A stretch of DNA of 64,000 bases, taken from contig CM126207.1 in assembly GCA_052327205.1 (NCBI GenBank), forward strand, positions 89,776,001-89,840,000. Direction: 5' to 3'. This DNA comes from Somniosus microcephalus. Its lineage: Eukaryota. The position numbers were made by a program, and so were the translations under genes. Below are positions 1 to 13,904 of the stretch, in pieces (position 1 is the first letter of the stretch; every line of letters starts with the position of its first letter). The notes beneath the pieces are model-generated. The model searched no databases. It saw only the letters and a list, made by a program, of their open reading frames with translations, and was not told the origin of the DNA.

Positions 1-3000
1 AACACACAGGACTGCAAGAAAACTCTATGGACGATTAGATTCCTCAGGTCCTTTCGAGCACCCGAGAACGGCGGAAATATAAAGAAAACTAGACAGTTCG
101 AATAGATTGCATGACAAAAACAAACCCGTGCACCTCACGGCTCTGTGCAAAAAGTGCAGGAGTTACAGAAAACCCGTTTGCATTGTTCTAGATTTTGTCC
201 GATAGGAATGCATTAATGACAAATTAAAAATGATGGTGAAAAACCTACCGCTTCGGTTGAGCTTTGTATTTGTCACTGTCTGAATGGGTTTCAGAACCCG
301 TGAGTAAAACCAGCAAATCCAGTTTGCATTGATCTAAATCAGATCACATGGCACCATGAACCTGACTTGAACGTATGAATCATGGCACAGTAACTGGGGG
401 ATTGACCTGATCCACTCACTCCCTGTTCAAATAACAGATTAGAAAGGATAATTATCAGTGACTATAGAATGGGTCCATCAGCTGCACAGAGCCCCAGGCG
501 TTTACGATGCTCTAGATTTTCAACCCCCCTCCCTTGGTGTGCAGGGATTATTTTTACTGGGGGGTTAGTGGGTGGGGGGTGAGTCCGCTCTGCCGACCAC
601 CCATATCGGCATGTCTATGAGGTATTTCCGCGCCTCGACCCGGCGCAGGTGTACCAGCATTGTTGTGTGTGTCATCACCTCGTTCAGATTCCCCAGAGAA
701 GATTCCGCAGCTCCAACTCCGAAATCGTGGATTTTTTCTCTCCCCCCCTCCCATCTCTCTTTTAAAGGACGCAGTCTTGGGATTGGAAATTCTGCTATTC
801 GAGGTATTTCTCTTTTTGACACTGGAGGGGGTGGGGGGCGAGGCTGCAAAGTGCAGTAAGCGTGGCCACTCCGGCCGGCGGATAGTCTTAACAGGGAACC
901 TCAAATGAGGCTTTCAAACGAATCGCACCTTCTTTGTAAGGAGTGAAATAGCGCAGCCCAAACTCGGCACCGGCCCATACAGTCCCACTAGCCGCGGGGG
1001 TGGGGGGGGGGGGGTCATGCGGCAGTGTTTTTGACCTCGGTACAACTTTTAATACAATCTGTGATCTTTCTCGTTGTGCTGATAAGTATTCGGTGATTAA
1101 GTGTTGAACACCACAAACGTTGACTCTGGTTTTGGTTGTAAAACTCGATACACCTCGCGATTTCTTTGATAAATGAGTAATTGTGGAGCGAATCGAAATA
1201 TAAATGTACACGGCGAAGTACAGGTACCACCAGGCTGTAAAACAAATGCATTCTATAGTTTCACCATGCGACCGAAAGGCGCTCAATGTGTCGGGGAAGA
1301 ATGTAAGCTGAAAAGAGGAGAGGAGGGGTGTGTGTGTGGAGGGGTGGGGGGGGGGGGCGGGGGGCGTTGGTAAGTTTACCCTGACTATTGCCTGGAAAGA
1401 CAAGAGGGAAATAATCGCTACCAGCATCTGGTGGTTTGAAATCAATCGTGCAGTTGTTAAGATGTTGTTTATCAACGGAGTTGTTTGTAGGCTTGAAAGG
1501 AGGTGTTTCAATATTTTTTCTTAATTTGTGCAACTGTCCATTGTACCGGAGTCTGTCTTCATACCTTGCAAGAATAACAGGGCACAGATAAAACAACGAG
1601 TTGTTGTCTTAATTAATTGCCTTTCAAGTGCATTTTCAAAAATGATTGGCATTGAAACGCTATCTTAACTAAGTGAATTACTGCTGTATATTTAACAGTA
1701 TTTAAGCATTAATCAACCCGCACAATACTGAGTAGCACTGGATTGGGAAACTACAGGATCTGTGCCTTTGAAGAGTGTCTCTGTTGGTGAAAGGACACTG
1801 CCCCAGTGTTAGGGAAGATGATTCACTTTCCGAACCCTACTGGTCTCAAGACACCACTGCAGCCATGTGAAGCTTGCAGAGAGTCACGCTGACAGAGAAT
1901 TATTTCCAGCTCCGCCAATGTTCAAAGAAAGAAATAAGTGTTCAACGCGCCAACAAAAGCTTAAATAGAGCGTTAATGTTGCTAATGACACCAAGAGCGT
2001 GAATAGAGAAACTCCTTCCATTAGCTGATTTATAGATTCATTTGGGGGGAAAAACCCCAAAGCTGGCTGGACCACATGCAGCTTGAGTAGAAGTGCTGTG
2101 CCATGCGTGATTAGAATTATTTCATAAATCTTTCAGAGGGTTTTTTCTCCAGAAATTTGTCTAAAACTATCTATAATCTGATGTCATTTTCTTTAAAAAC
2201 GTTGTACAATGTGGTAAGAAATATCCCCAACAATCGTCTTGCCGCGTGAATAATTCATAGGCGCTCTCCTCCCGAATACATGAGCTTCTAACATCCTTGA
2301 AACTCAGCGACTCGATTAAACATGTATATATCAATAAAACGAAGGGACTGGGTCCAGTACCAAGCAGAGCAAGGCATGGGTCCATGGCGGTCCTCGTACG
2401 CACAGAATCAACTAGCGTGAAAGCATCCTGGACTTGTTCAGCAGCCTCAGTGGGAGTCAGTTACCGACCATGGATTCCCAACTTTTTCTATAGAGTCACT
2501 GTTTAAAACTGGAGGTCAGCTGCTACCTGACTGTTACGAAGTAGCTGCCTGTTTCCACTTTCAATCAGTTGATTAGCCTGTTTTGCAACCTACGTTTTCA
2601 GTAATGGGAATATCACACACTAAATTCCTTCACTTGAACCACACGCATGACAGAATAATGCGAAACGTGATCAGCCCATGGTCTAAAACATAAGCATTTT
2701 ATGAGTTTAAAAAAAGAAACACATGACTAAATACTGATAAACTCTGAACAAACTGCCTAGTTTTTTCCCACCACTCCGCCTCCAATCTCTTCAACAAATT
2801 AATTTAGCAGGAAGACTTGTATTGCAGTTGATCTGAAACGCTGATTATAATAATCTATGTTCTGAGCGCCAAAGTGACGTTTACTCGGCCCAACAAATGC
2901 TAATAAAACTAAAGGCTCTGTGGGGAGGGGTAGTGTTCTAAAAGACGGCATCCATGGATATGGAAACTGGTCAACTTTGTCAGGAAGGGTACTGTGCTTT

Positions 3001-3720
3001 CGAACTTGACTGAATTTATTGAGCAAAATGTTAAATTGATAATAAAAAATGGCAATAGGGCTGGAAAAGTAGTGACGGGGCTTTTTAGGAAATGACATGA
3101 AATATCCTTGTGAGTTTTAAACAAACACGAACTGGTCTTTTTCAGACGGCTGGGGAAATTTAAGTCTGCTCCGTAAAAATCACTTTAGGCGATTGTGAAT
3201 GGCAGCCCAGGGAGGCATTGGAAATGGGGTTAGTCGCTTCAGTTTACCATTCTTGCTAAAAAAATCTAAAGCCCCCCCGCCCCCTTCCCCCAAGGCAAAC
3301 GACTAAATATGTCTCGTGGAAGGATGTTTCAGCGCTACATTCATATTTCAAATGAAGCCATTTCATTTTTCAGCAAGTCTCATGTTGCCCATTTTGTAGG
3401 TAGTGGGTCGTGTTTGTAAAATCCCATCAGATTGCTAATCTGACCATAGGGTCGAAATAGGGCGATATGATGTTATGACATCAGTGATATATTGACACAC
3501 AATAGCTGTTATTTTATTCTCTAGTATCAGCGAGTCAACAGCATTAATATTTCCTTTAATATTCTGAACTGAATATTGTGGATTTCTAGGCAACATCAGA
3601 GATTGAGCACATCAGTTATATTTAGGGAAAATAATTTTAACATTTCCATATGAAGCACAAAGAATGGATCATTTTCATTCAAAAGGTCAATTGAATTTTG
3701 TAGTGTTCATTATTACGATG

Positions 3721-3849
3721 ATGATAGCAAAATCCTTCCCTGTGCCTCTTTAGTCTTGATAAAGGGGTTTGACCCGAAACGTTGACTCTAATTTCTCTCC
3801 ACGGATGTTGCCTGGCCTGCTGAGTTTTTTGCAGCATTTTCTGTTGTTA
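3721..3849 (+). mobile_element. Short Penelope-like pseudo-LTR fragment with a degenerate hammerhead motif and 12-bp TSD
   Basis: 3752-3849 is homologous to 58965-59063. Flanked by direct repeat ATTATTACGATG (3709-3720 and 3850-3861). Confidence 0.75.
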
Positions 3850-6077
3850 ATTATTACGATGTTGTGCATGATTAATACATGATTGAGTAAAACCCAAAGT
3901 TATCTGTCACTAAACATTCCTGATAATTTGGATTTAAGTAAAGATTTAAAAGTCAATCCAAAAAGCAGATGCAAAAAAGGGGTATTAGAATACGTTTCAC
4001 ATTCCTGACGATCAAAAAGGCGAAATAAACCAGCCTAAACGAAATGGTAACAAAACCCATAGAAAATAAATGTCAAACAAGTCCTTCTTTCAGATACGTA
4101 TTAATAATCTACAGGGGATGATGCAGCAGGCTTAATGATTGGAGGATATAATTAATAAACGAGACACTCGGCTTCCACTCGTGCTGTAATTAGCTCACTG
4201 CCCCTATCCCAGCAACTGAAGGCGGCGAATCACTCAGTACAGCTTTAGTGTGGCTTTGAAACCTGTATCTGGTCAACCATCTCGGCATTTCTGCTTTTAA
4301 TACAGTCAACACAACACCTGCATTTCTTTGCACCTAGGAGGGCTGACTCCATAATGCAGATTAGATCCATCTCTCTTTATTCTAAATTTGATTACAGTGA
4401 TAAGGAATGCTGAGCGAGGAAACTAGCGGGGTGGGTGTTTTATTTTAAATTAAAGCTTGAGATTTTAAACACGTTTGCTACTCGTAAAAATATCCCAACC
4501 ACAGAGGGAAGTATTAGACGTTGCTTTGCGATGATCTCAGTAAGTACATGCGGTCAAATATTTTGTATTAAATATAAAATTAACATGTTGGTTAATTACA
4601 AAAAAAAATCCAGCCAATTAAGACAGAGGAATTGGGACTAAAATTCAACAAATAATTCTGTTTATGTAGGTATTTATTTACTGTCGTTTGAAATTGTTGT
4701 TAATTCTTGTTTTTCATTTGAAAACTATTTGGCATCTACTGTGAGTAGCTTTGTACTGAATTTACTGACAGTACCAACCTCCTTTCCAATCTCTGAAATT
4801 GACCTCAATGTGACATGGAGAGAGAGAGAGAGCGCGAGTGAGAGTTGGAAAATGATACTACAATGTGAATAACTGACACGTTGAACTGATATTGGTGCTT
4901 TTTGTTGGCGAATAAAATGTTATCATTGCGCCTGTGGACGGAAGTTATAGATTTATTAACCCACAGCATTCAATCAATGAACCATTTGCTTATTAGAACC
5001 AGCTGTAGGAACTGGAACCGGCCCGCTATATATTTCTGTAAGTTGCTCATTTGCATCTCATGTTTATTAGGGTACATGAAATATTTGGTGTTGGCCTGAA
5101 CAATAACTGATTGGTGTTGCAGCACCGTTCCACCATATAACGGCTTATAAATCCAGATTAAATATCAAAATATACTGCGTTTTTTGGAGTTGTACTAAGT
5201 ACTGTACCAAAAAAATGTGCTCATGAAACCGCGTAATTGCATTCCATTCTGTGTCCAGTGGCGGCTACTAGTATAGTTATGCTTTTAGTGAATGGCAGAG
5301 CTTTGATCTGCTATCGAGAATATGTTTAACTGAAAGTTCCGTTTCCTTTACACAAGGCAATGGAAAAACACACACCCAGAGATAACCGCTCCGAGTTGTC
5401 GCATTATATTGACCAAAGCATTTACAGTGGCGCTGTTACAGAATTGACTGCCGGGCAGTTACTTATTTGGATATTCAATAATTTATTTAAAGTTACAGTT
5501 CAATACATTTTTGTACAGACCCCTGAAGATGGGAAAGTTCCCGTTTCTATGTGTTACTTTCGGCTTCTTCAATATTTCAACATAAGGTATTGAAAAAGAT
5601 GGAAGGCACGATCATTGCAACTTAACATGGATCTCGTTTATTATAACATATAATATATATAAAACACCTTGTCCAAGTTCAACACATGATCTTTACTATG
5701 GCCTTGACTATCTCATGCGGCGTCGCTGTTGATTTGTAATAGTTGTAATTAGTCAACGAAAAGCTCAATGATAATCACACTAGGCATTGTATTTGCAACA
5801 AGCACAATTATCTGGAAAAATCAACAAGAAATTGAAAGTAGATACAATTACGTCAGCTCCGATCACGGAAGTAGTATATTGCCGTGCGCTTTGATCCGAG
5901 GAGAATATAGAACGCATACCACAGACCCATCTGTGCAAATCAGACAATATCCTGAAAAAATACGACAGATTTACTCAATTGTTGCAGTTGAATGGTATAG
6001 AACGGTTAGCATATTAACTTAATGCCGTAATATTAGCTCTTGTCGATTACTTCCTGTTATACATGTCGACCTGTTCA

Positions 6078-6240
6078 TGCAATTTAAGGGGAGGCTAGAC
6101 AAGCACAAGAGGGAGAAGGGAATAGAGGGTTATGCTGATACATTTAGATGAGGAAAGACGGGAGGAGGCTCGCCGGCATGGACTGGTTGGGCCGAATGGC
6201 CTGTTTCTGTGCTGTATATCCTATGTAATCTTATGTAATA
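6078..6240 (+). mobile_element. CR1 LINE 3' end fragment
   Basis: Reads FKGRLDKH..EKGIEGY, then the CR1 3' UTR motif GGGCCGAATGGCCTGTTTCTGTGCTGTA and a short repeat tail. Confidence 0.75.
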
Positions 6241-9200
6241 TCTATACACGCATTCAATGTCATATATTTATTGACATACAATATAGAATGTGTCACCAAT
6301 ACGCGATGTAAGAGTTTCTCCAAATATTCTATTATAAACATACTCCCGTTTTAAAAGTCTACGGCATTCCGTTTATACATGTTAATACGCAACATAAATT
6401 GTTTAATATAGAATATGTTTCCCGTTCATTATTACAAGAGTACGAACAATACTTCATCAAACGAATGTGACATATCCATTACACGGTGTCCAAAAAGGTT
6501 TAAACATTTGCCAGGTTGAAAATGATCAGCAAGCTTCACAAAATTAAGGTTATACTGACGAACGTCCACAGAAATACCAAGCCTGAGCAGCATCGTTCTG
6601 CTTTAACAAATGGGAGTGATATAGCGGACTCTTGCACCTCCAGATAATGGTCATTCTTTATACATTCTGGTTGTCATTGACGAGAGACTGGTATCTTACG
6701 GATTCAGCTTAGCAGTTGCAAAATGTAACTACTCTTTTTCTTAAATAAAATATCGAAAACCTGACAGACGCGTAAAAGTTTTAAGTAATACTCATGATAC
6801 AGTTGGAACCATCGATTTATTAACAATTCCTCCCTGTGGAAATCGTTACTTTGCTGGACAATTCACGTATTAGCAGGATTCCCCAAGCCTGGTTTTGTAA
6901 ATAATACCACACAAAATGATAAAAGTGTTAAAAAAAAGTTGGAAATTTCTACTTTGGGATAGAGAGTTGTAACTGGACAGTTACTGAAAAACGGAAGCTG
7001 TGCATAACAGCAACATCTTGGTTTATTAATATCCTATTACACAGGTTAACAGACTGTACCATAATTCATACATTCACATTAGCATTGCCAAACTATATCA
7101 ACAAGTCTTTACAATGAAACAGAACTTTCTATCAATGAAGTGAGTTTATGTACAATGCAACCATACTTTCACGTGCGGAAATGATGTAGTTACATCAAAA
7201 TCTAGGTTACAACAAGGCGACAGTAATATTTAAAATATGAACTTTTACTCCTCACACGTGGAACTTATTTCCCGTGAAGCTTGGATTGTATAACAGATGT
7301 ACAGAATAAAAAAAACACAAATGCACTAAAAAGTTACTCCAAACTGCACTTGTGCCGAGTGAGATCCAAAAGGTAATGGGACTGTTTCCAAACAATAGGC
7401 TGATTACTTCTACTCGAATCGCTAATTCTTTTTTCAGTCCCTCTGTTTTATTTTGCTAAGTAGTGTGGTAAATGGAATTCCATACACGTATCTGAACGAC
7501 TGATGCCGTTCATTGGCGTGTTTTACAGCTTCCCCGCTCCTCCTATTATTTCCCAACCCGATTCCTACAAGCGAGGATACAAGTGACCAAAGAGCATTGT
7601 TTTGGTCCCGAACATCATGTATAACATCGAAAAAGACGACATTAAACTGTGTTCCTCGTCAACTCATCTACCGCATAAACTAAGTGTAATTGACGTTTTG
7701 CTGAAATGCTGTAAAGGCCAGATTCTGAGTTGTGTCCCAGCAGGATACCTGCTGGAAATTGTATCGGCAAATAAATAATCTCCGGCTGAATAACAACCCT
7801 ACCAACAAAAACAAAACAACATCAACCCAACGTGCACATCGAGGAAAGGACTGATAACAAGGGGCAGCTGCTCAGTTTCATTCAGCAAACACCAAACAAA
7901 ACAGTGAGACCTCTCCAATGCAGTCGGTGTCACTTTAAAACCCACAATCCGACGGTCCCGTATGAAATAGCCCCACTGCTGGTCGGTTATTGACCTCTCC
8001 TCGTCTATTTTTCTGGACATTGGCTGGGCATGTCGTTTGAGCAGGAGACAAGGGGTAAATTTCGCACAGGAACAAAACCCGAGGAAGAAGCAGACGTTTT
8101 CTTGGGCAAGGTTCTATCTTAAAATCAAATGAGACAATAGGCCTTTGTAATTTCACCAAGGCGTTGAACACGAGTACTTCGAAGTGAGAGTTGGGCACCC
8201 TCTCCCAGTTGTTATCGTTGATACTGGAATTTAAGATTTTATTTTAAAAAGTCCAACGTCTCTCTGTTAATTAAATATAAATGAAAAATATGCATTGAGT
8301 TTACATGTATATGCAGGTTAATTGAAACACGTGCAAGCAAATTCTTGTCAACACACAATACATCCAATTAGGATTACAACACAAATGGCAGTCACCTGAT
8401 TCGACAGACCGTGAAAACTCCACAATAATAATATAAATACAAAGTAATTTGCACGGTGGAAAAGGCACCGAAAGAAAGGTTACCAAATTGCTGACTATTG
8501 CGTTGCGAATATCTGCCAGCTCAATATTGATCACACACAGGACAATGGTCCCAAGCAGTTTATCAGGACCACGCTACCATTCTAATAATTTTATTTGGAA
8601 ATTATTCCACTTTTATTCTAATGGTGTAAAGGAGAATGTGTTGGTTTCTTAAACTTCTCAACAGGCCAAAATCAGAAAAGTAAATAATACACGCTGCTAT
8701 GTTACTCCGAAAACAGATTGATCTTTTAGAGGGCTATATTGACCATCCACTGAAGAGCTATGATAATATATCTTTAATAAGTTTGATTATTAGGATGTTG
8801 GTGGGAATTATTTTGATTAAACCACACGACGGTTAGGTGAGATATAGAAACCAGGCCGTATAAGGTAAGTTTTAAATGATTTTTGCTTTACAAAAAAACC
8901 CAAAGAATACAAAATAAATAATTACATGTAGGTAAATATACTGAAATTGTCTGCGAGATAATTTAACCGTGTAATGTCCCTATATTGAATATCTACTATC
9001 CATGTAGAAACTCAGTTTCAAGCAAAATGTTACCATTAGTAGCATTTTGTTCATCGTGATCCATTTTGGTTACCCCTCCCAATCAGTCCTTTAACCGGGG
9101 ATCCGTTTTTTCCTCACGCTTCTGTGAAGCACTTTGGGATGTTCATCGATGTTGTATAAATGTACGCTGCTGTTATCGATTCCCTCTACAAATCAGTACA

Positions 9201-11209
9201 TCAGAATATTCTGCATAATTCATCCTACTGATTTTATTTAGGTTGGGTGTGAAAAAAAACTCATCTGAATTTATACACAGTACATTGCATAGGGCACATT
9301 CACATGCTTAGAGCGGATGGGGCGGGAAACAGCGATAATAACGCTCCAGATCCCAGAACATGGACAATGTTTCTCTTCAGAGAAAACGACCGAATACCTC
9401 ATTGAATTTGGGCATCACGCAACCCAGAACGTTTATTTATCTCCTTCCCAATATAATGTTTTAATTTAGTCCAGTGGAGGAATTACAAATGATTTTGTAA
9501 AACTGATAACGATCATAGAACAAAAATCGGTACAAATCGATTAAGTAGAACCGTCGATCAGTTCTTTGTATAATTTTGCAGAACATCCACGATCGTTATA
9601 CGCTTCTTTGTAAACTGAACGAGACTCACACCCTTGTCAAGATGTGCGGAATAAGCAAATTAGTTTGTGCGATATTGCTCTTTGAAGATTTTATCAGCGT
9701 ATCATTTATTTACAGGATTAGTATGGATACTTATTTTACTTGTGTCTGATGTTCATTGAGAAAGAGAAGGAAAACCACATGGTCTGAGGGGTTGGGGCTG
9801 ATGAACCCCTCTTTTTGATTAGAAGAGAAGCAGACTCTTTAAGCCAGGCACGCTGGGGAATCAAGTCAACAGGCAGAGAGCCCAAAGAAAACAGCCCTCC
9901 TCCTGATACTCCCTTCACACGCACACGGGTCTCACATGGTCTTCAGCGTGTCCAGAGCGGAATTTTAACAAGATATAATCAATCAACCCGCCAGATGAAC
10001 AAGAAAGAACAAAACAAAACATTCAAATGTGATTTCGTATCCAACCCGTGGCTTTATTTAAGACACTGCATCGCGTACCCACAGTCCTTACAGGTTAGAA
10101 GTGGTACCATCGCTCCCTACGGCGTTTGATTTCCATATGCTTCATTACTGCTTTCGATTTGATCACACGTTCAACACTTCCGTCCTATTTTAAACAACTT
10201 TGTTCAAAATACAACCCGTAACATTTTAATAGAACCAGATGACAAATTCTAGCCACATGTTTCAGTGCTGAAGGTGTAAATGCACACGCTCTTTATCCCA
10301 TCCCCATAAAGACTTTCAATTCAACCAAATACAACTCCGGTTTGAAAGTCATTTTTATTTCTTGTGGTTCCTTAGTTATTCTGGAAGTACAGCGAGGTGT
10401 GGAGCCTCTTAAACATGAGGAAAAACAGGATACGCTTGTTGTAAAAACTGCCGACCCAGCAGTGAACGAAGCAACAGGAAAACGGGGTGCAGGAGGCACC
10501 AAAGGGTTAAAACGATTTCACACCAGTTTTAAATTAGCAGAAACCGTTCTTCAAATGAAAAAAAAGGAAGCGACACAGAGGACATCTGGCTGTAGATAGA
10601 TGGGAAGGAGTCTGTAAAGTGTACAAGTTCATCCACAGGCCACAATCTTGCACTTTGAATACAAACCGCAAACAGTATGTCATTTATGCAAACAGTATGT
10701 CATTTATGTACTGACGCGTTACATAACTATGCAACACAGCAGCTACCCCTCAGGCATGAGGCATGGAAACAAGGATGCCTGCTAACAATAACTAAATACT
10801 GAACATAAACCCCCAGGTAACAGCAATTTGATCCAGGCCTCCACCTTCTCTGTTCAACACGCAGTTCCACTTTAAATTCTGTACAATTATCGACGTCAGC
10901 CATATGGTTTTCAACGCATTTCAATATATTCAAAAAATAATACTCGCAGCTGCTTCCTATTTCTGATGTCGAAGGCTCTGAAAACGCGGCAGAATTCCAG
11001 CTATTTTCAATTGCGGAACTTCCATTTCACAGGTTGCTCATAAAAAGGTGTTGAACGGTTTCCCAAAAGTGGACACAACGGTAGTTTAGCCAAGATAGAA
11101 ATAAAGCCTTTAAAGAGGGGGGAAAAACCTTAATAACTGACCAACACTTTAAACCCTACATTACCTAAACGAAGACCCGCTAGGCTGTTTCTTTTGAAAC
11201 CGCACTCAC

Positions 11210-11470
11210 ACTAGTGATGAAGTTGTTGGCTTTCGGAGCCATCTAAGGTGGAGAGCATCTGACTTCAGATCTTTTTGCCCGTCACAATGTGCCTCCTCCC
11301 AGGTGGTTCCTGCTTCTCTTAGAACACCCTCTGTTATCTGCTTCCATACAGTACAAGGCCTGTTAGCCTTTTCCGATTTCCAGTACAGATCCAAGCGGCA
11401 TCACTTTTTCTTTCTGCAGAATATTACTTGTAAAGCAATGCTTTGTTCTCCTGATCTCTTATCTTCCTTT
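11210..11470 (-). mobile_element. Highly degenerate RTE-like LINE 3' remnant
   Basis: Minus-strand peptide LYWKSEKANRPCTVWKQ..LREAGTTWEEA resembles the W..GRP...W...G..W.EA C-terminus of RTE-clade RTs. Confidence 0.4.
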
Positions 11471-11639
11471 CTTCAGTTGATCAAAGTTGGCCTGTCTGAA
11501 TTCTCAGCTGCAGCAACAGTGTGGAGCTGCTGTTTTTGTACATCAGCTTTGTTGTTAGAATGCATGTCTGACGAGTCAATATTTCCTCCAGCTGAAAGCA
11601 TCATTTTCAGCCCCCACCCCACCATAAACTCAATGCCCT

Positions 11640-12430
11640 TGCCGATGACTCCAACCAGCCACTTCATCAGGCTGAACTAGATTCTATGAAACTGTGCCAT
11701 TTTGTTCATCCCAGAGCTGAACTTCAAAACCCGCTTCCTCTCCATCATCAAGATTGCTGACTTCCACCTCCACAATATTGTCTGCCTCCTCTCCTACCTC
11801 AGCCTCACTGCCACTGAAGACCGCATCCATGCTTTTTTCACCTCTTGACTTGATATGTTTAATTTCATCCTTGTTGGTTTTCCATCCTCCACACTCCATA
11901 AATTCCATACATTGTTCAAAACTCAGCTGGCCACATCCTGTAATGCACTAAGTCCCAATTGACCAGCACTTCCATCCTTACTGACCTACATTGGCTCTGT
12001 ATCCCCCAGTACAGTGCATTTAAAATCCTGTCCTCATCTTCAATTTCCTCTATGGCCTTGCTCCACCCGAGCTCTATAACCACCTCCATCCTTACATCCC
12101 TTCCACATCCTTCAATGATACTACTCAGCCCTTTTGTGCAGCTCCCCACCCTTCATTCTATCATTGCTGGCAAAGTCTTTCACCACCTTGGGCCTATTCT
12201 TAGGAACACTCTCCCCAAACTTCTCCACCTCCACTTCTCACTTCACTTTAAAAATCTTCCCAAAGCCCATCTTTTTGATGTAGCTTTCAGTCACCTTGTG
12301 TAACATTTGCACCATTGCTCCTTGTCTGTTCTTTTATTCCTTTTATCTCCTTTTGTAATTTGCCCTTATGTAAAGTGTCATTTTCCATGTTAAAGGTGCT
12401 ATATAAATGTAAGTTGGTGTTGTTATTGTT
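11640..12430 (+). mobile_element. Degenerate L2 LINE 3' fragment
   Basis: C/T-rich strand. Remnant LTDLHWL..FKIL..GLAP-type peptide. Tail AAAGGTGCTATATAAATGTAAGTTG(TTG)n. Confidence 0.65.
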
Positions 12431-12704
12431 GTTCAGTTGCTAAGCTAGCTGTCTAACCAGACTTCAGACAGTTTTCTGAATGTTGTTGTCTTTTGCTTTC
12501 CTTTGAACAGTTTATTGTTGTCTTCTGATAATTGTAGTTATCTAGCTTCTGAAGTATGTGAAGTATTTTATATTTTGTAGTTTTTATGCCGTTGTTGCTA
12601 CTCTTTTTCATTTCTATAGTTTTGATTTCAGGTAGAGTTCTTATATCTAAAGATAAACATTTATTATTTAACGTATATTTTTAATCAAATCCCACTAATA
12701 ACCC

Positions 12705-13320
12705 ACTGATATCTCTGCACTCCTCCAATTCTGGCCTCTTGCACATCCCTGATTTTAATCGTTCTACCATTGGTGGCCGTGCCTTCAGCTGTCTAGACCC
12801 TAAGCTCTGGAATTCTCTCCATAAATTTATCCACCTCTCTCTCCTCCTTTAAGATGCTCCTTAAAACCTACCTCCTTGACGAAGCTTTTGGTCATCTGTC
12901 CTAATACAGGAAACTTTTTTTTATCCGGCACGGACAGGACCAACGTGGTGCTGGTTCATCAAAAAGTCCAGATAACCGAACGCTATAGTAAAAGATAGGG
13001 AGAGCTGACAGCTCCGTATAAAGCAACAAACCCTGTTTAACTGTAGAACAATGAACACAAGTTTCAAGCATCTCTGTAGCTTAGCAACAGCTGCAGCCAC
13101 ACCCTTGCACAGCACAGATGGAAGAAGGCAAATACCAATATGAAGTAAAACCTACTCCTGAATTTTGCCGGTTAACCGAGATTTCCGGTTATTTAGGTGC
13201 CGGTAAATCGAAAGTTTCCTGTATCTCCTTATGTGGCTCGGTGTCAAATTTTGTTTGATAACGCTCCTGTGAACATTTTACTACGTTAAAGGTGCTATAT
13301 AAATGCAAGTTGTTGTTGTA
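12705..13320 (+). mobile_element. L2-type 3' end split by a DNA-transposon MITE
   Basis: GCCTTCAGC..AAGCTCTGGAATTC..TTAAAACCTACCTC motif. The sequence rejoins across the MITE and ends in the same GTGCTATATAAATGCAAGTTGTTGTTG tail. Confidence 0.7.
12907..13221. mobile_element. Tc1/mariner (pogo/Tigger-like) MITE
   Basis: Imperfect TIRs CAGGAAACTTT..TTATCCGGCA / TGCCGGTAAATCGAAAGTTTCCTG, with TA on both sides (12905-6 and 13222-3). Confidence 0.8.
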
Positions 13321-13904
13321 ATTAAATAGCCACTAACATTACCCAACAATCAGAAATCCCTTGTTACTCACTTTATACCATATCAAATATCTCTTGGGGG
13401 CAGATTTAATACCCAGTCCATAAGTAATTCAAACAATACACAGTATATTCTTTTCAGATCCATTACTTTGACAACTACCTAGTCTCAATGTGTAGCACTC
13501 CATACCACAGACATGCTTTACATGGCAGTAACAAATTACTATCTAGAACAGTGTAAAGTGATGGCCTATTTACTTTAGCAAAGATCTATTGAAGTCAATG
13601 AAATGTATTGTTAAGTAAACTGAAGTTCTTGCCCAATATTTGTCTACACAACGAATTAGTCTGGCTATGGCATACTATTTTAAAACAGTTTTCTTCTCTT
13701 ACTCATGTATCCAAAGTTTCTTTTAGCTACTGTAATACTAAGTGCTTTGCTTGGAACTAACGGAAAAGTAACACTCCCAAAATGCATCAACCATGGCACA
13801 ATCTTTGCAGAGGAAAGTTGGCTTGCAACACAGTTCCACATTTGAAAAGAACTGATGCAACAAAGTAGAAGCAAAAATGCTGGCAATGCACAGAATGAAA
13901 GAAA

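Larger units (their letters stand above)
1..11250. promoter_or_regulatory. Broad CpG-retaining, transposon-poor domain (candidate non-methylated island or developmental regulatory region); GC/G-tract-rich core at ~530-1370
   Basis: CpG is frequent even in AT-rich lines up to ~11.2 kb and is nearly absent in unique DNA beyond it (e.g. 15360-15720). Only three tiny repeat fragments were seen in 11 kb. The linked gene cannot be identified. Confidence 0.6.

Noticed and set aside
554-1596. Overlapping ORFs of 64-207 aa
   Set aside because: No recognisable domain. They are by-products of GC-rich and G-tract sequence.
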